From sequence record SRR22947727_316: a stretch of 55,420 nucleotides of DNA; one strand, given 5' to 3'. The position numbers were made by a program, and so were the translations under genes. This document shows positions 54,009-55,420 of the stretch, one piece after another. Numbering within the stretch: position 1 is the first letter of the stretch; each line of letters begins with the position of its first letter. The notes under the pieces are model-generated. The model was not told the DNA's origin, did not search any database, and worked only from the letters and a program-made list of their open reading frames with translations.

Positions 54009-55377
54009 TGCACAGCATAAAAAACATAATATAATTTTTATTCTTGAAAGTAATTTTCATGCAATTAAAAATAATTCAGCAAAAGAATTAATTCAAAATA
54101 TTGTTGAATATCAAATTGGAAAATTAAATGTAATGGGATATGATGTAGTAGTGTCTATATCAATAGATGCAACAATAAGCAAAATAATTGATCAATATGA
54201 TTATGCTGTTGTGTTTACTCCTGACACAGAGTTTCAAGGTGGGTCGTTCTTTACACATCTGCACAAAATGATTGAACAAGATTTTTACATAGCCGGACAC
54301 GTTCTAGATAGAAAAGAAGGCTACTACGAACTTCATGAACAATGTTATGTGATTAATTTAAAGAAACACACAGAATTAGAACTACCACAGATAGGTGAGC
54401 TCAAAAGAAACTCAGAACATTTTACCACAGAGCCTATAAGAAGTGATGAAAACTTTCATGACGATTATACACCTTTATGGATTAAACCTGGTAATGAACT
54501 TAAAACATTCAAACACAAATGGCATGGATGGAATGTTATTAGAACAGCATTGGATAACAAAGAAAAAATTATAATATTTGATGAAGATTTAAGAATGAGC
54601 AAGAAGTGTTATTATGCAGTACACGAAACTGATTTTAATGAAAACAGCAAACAAATTTTTAAGAAATACAACCAGAGTGCTAATAGATTGTTTTATCCAA
54701 TTAACACAGAAGAATTACAGTCTGTAAGTACAGGAACTGTTAAACAATTAATTACACCTGCTAGTGGTCTTAACTGGTTAAAGTATTTGGAAAAACACGG
54801 ATATGATGCAGAAACTGAAGTTGTGTTTTATGATTGGAATCCCAATGCATTATACTACATGGAAGAAATAATAAAAAAGTTTGATGGTGGGGATTATCAT
54901 AAGTTTTTAGTATCTGTAAATAGACACAAAACACCAGACTGGATAAATTCTAAATTAGAGATAGCAGAGTATTTTGAAACGGTCAGTCATTTATGGCATA
55001 TTAAAGACAAAGTTAAATTTAAATTTGTCGAATGTGATCTGTTGAATGAATTCACTATAACACCTATAAATCATAAGAATGTTATATTCAACATCAGTAA
55101 CATCTTTGCTTATGAGCCAACAGTGCCGTTTGTGCCAACCAAACAAAGAGTGTTTAAACAGAACCAACTGTTACGGTTATTAAAAGAAAAATACGATAAA
55201 ATACAGTTAATAGTATCACAACACGCATGGTCAGGTTTTGTGGAATATGATATCGACGCAGGCTCAGTTCAAGATTTTTACGAAGTTGATATTGAAACAT
55301 TAAAAGCACCAATGTGGCGTTTTGGAAAAGATTGGGTAAATCCTAAAGATCCGTGGGAGGAAGATGAAGAAAAATAA
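53992..55377 (+). CDS. Hypothetical protein, possible C-terminal methyltransferase-like fold
   Basis: 461-aa ORF; ITPASGLN, VFYDWN, FVECDL and IFNISNIF loosely follow SAM-binding motifs. Confidence 0.5.
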   Translation: MAFQYDAQHKKHNIIFILESNFHAIKNNSAKELIQNIVEYQIGKLNVMGYDVVVSISIDATISKIIDQYDYAVVFTPDTEFQGGSFFTHLHKMIEQDFYIAGHVLDRKEGYYELHEQCYVINLKKHTELELPQIGELKRNSEHFTTEPIRSDENFHDDYTPLWIKPGNELKTFKHKWHGWNVIRTALDNKEKIIIFDEDLRMSKKCYYAVHETDFNENSKQIFKKYNQSANRLFYPINTEELQSVSTGTVKQLITPASGLNWLKYLEKHGYDAETEVVFYDWNPNALYYMEEIIKKFDGGDYHKFLVSVNRHKTPDWINSKLEIAEYFETVSHLWHIKDKVKFKFVECDLLNEFTITPINHKNVIFNISNIFAYEPTVPFVPTKQRVFKQNQLLRLLKEKYDKIQLIVSQHAWSGFVEYDIDAGSVQDFYEVDIETLKAPMWRFGKDWVNPKDPWEEDEEK

Positions 55378-55420
55378 GAACAGTTGTACCTTTTGTATGC
55401 ACCCTTTTACAGGATTGGCT
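55364..55420 (+). CDS. Start of a further gene, probably radical SAM with N-terminal twitch domain (partial)
   Basis: GGGAGG SD, then MKKNKNSCTFCMHPFTGLA running off the window; FCxxP(F/W) is typical of such N-termini. Confidence 0.5.
   Translation, partial: MKKNKNSCTFCMHPFTGLA

Noticed and set aside
1-55420. Alternative genetic code, inteins or introns in core genes
   Set aside because: Genes tile densely under the standard code, and portal, gp46, gp47 and gp21 have ordinary lengths with no intein motifs noticed.

Overview
This window is part of the genome of an AT-rich, large T4-related myovirus whose layout resembles jumbo-phage (Rak2/GAP32-like) genomes. The host cannot be determined from the sequence. 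On the minus strand (1-8476) is a head module: gp23 capsid, gp22 scaffold, gp21 protease, an acidic core protein, gp20 portal and a probable tape measure. Next come a gp26/gp51-like pair joined by a candidate -1 frameshift and a HemD-like gene. A ~380-nt highly structured non-coding segment lies directly downstream of a minimal GIY-YIG nuclease at the end of the gp55-gp47-gp46 block. A long plus-strand baseplate/tail module follows (gp48/54-, gp53-, hub-, gp5-, PAAR-, gp25- and gp6-like genes, a 4891-aa giant protein and three paralogous fibres). The window ends in a sigma70-driven island of glycosyltransferase-like, radical SAM, methyltransferase and 2OG-Fe(II) oxygenase genes. The best candidate for an undescribed system is the GIY-YIG nuclease plus the large pseudoknotted RNA (10351-11165). 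All protein calls come from motif recognition by eye; no database search was run.
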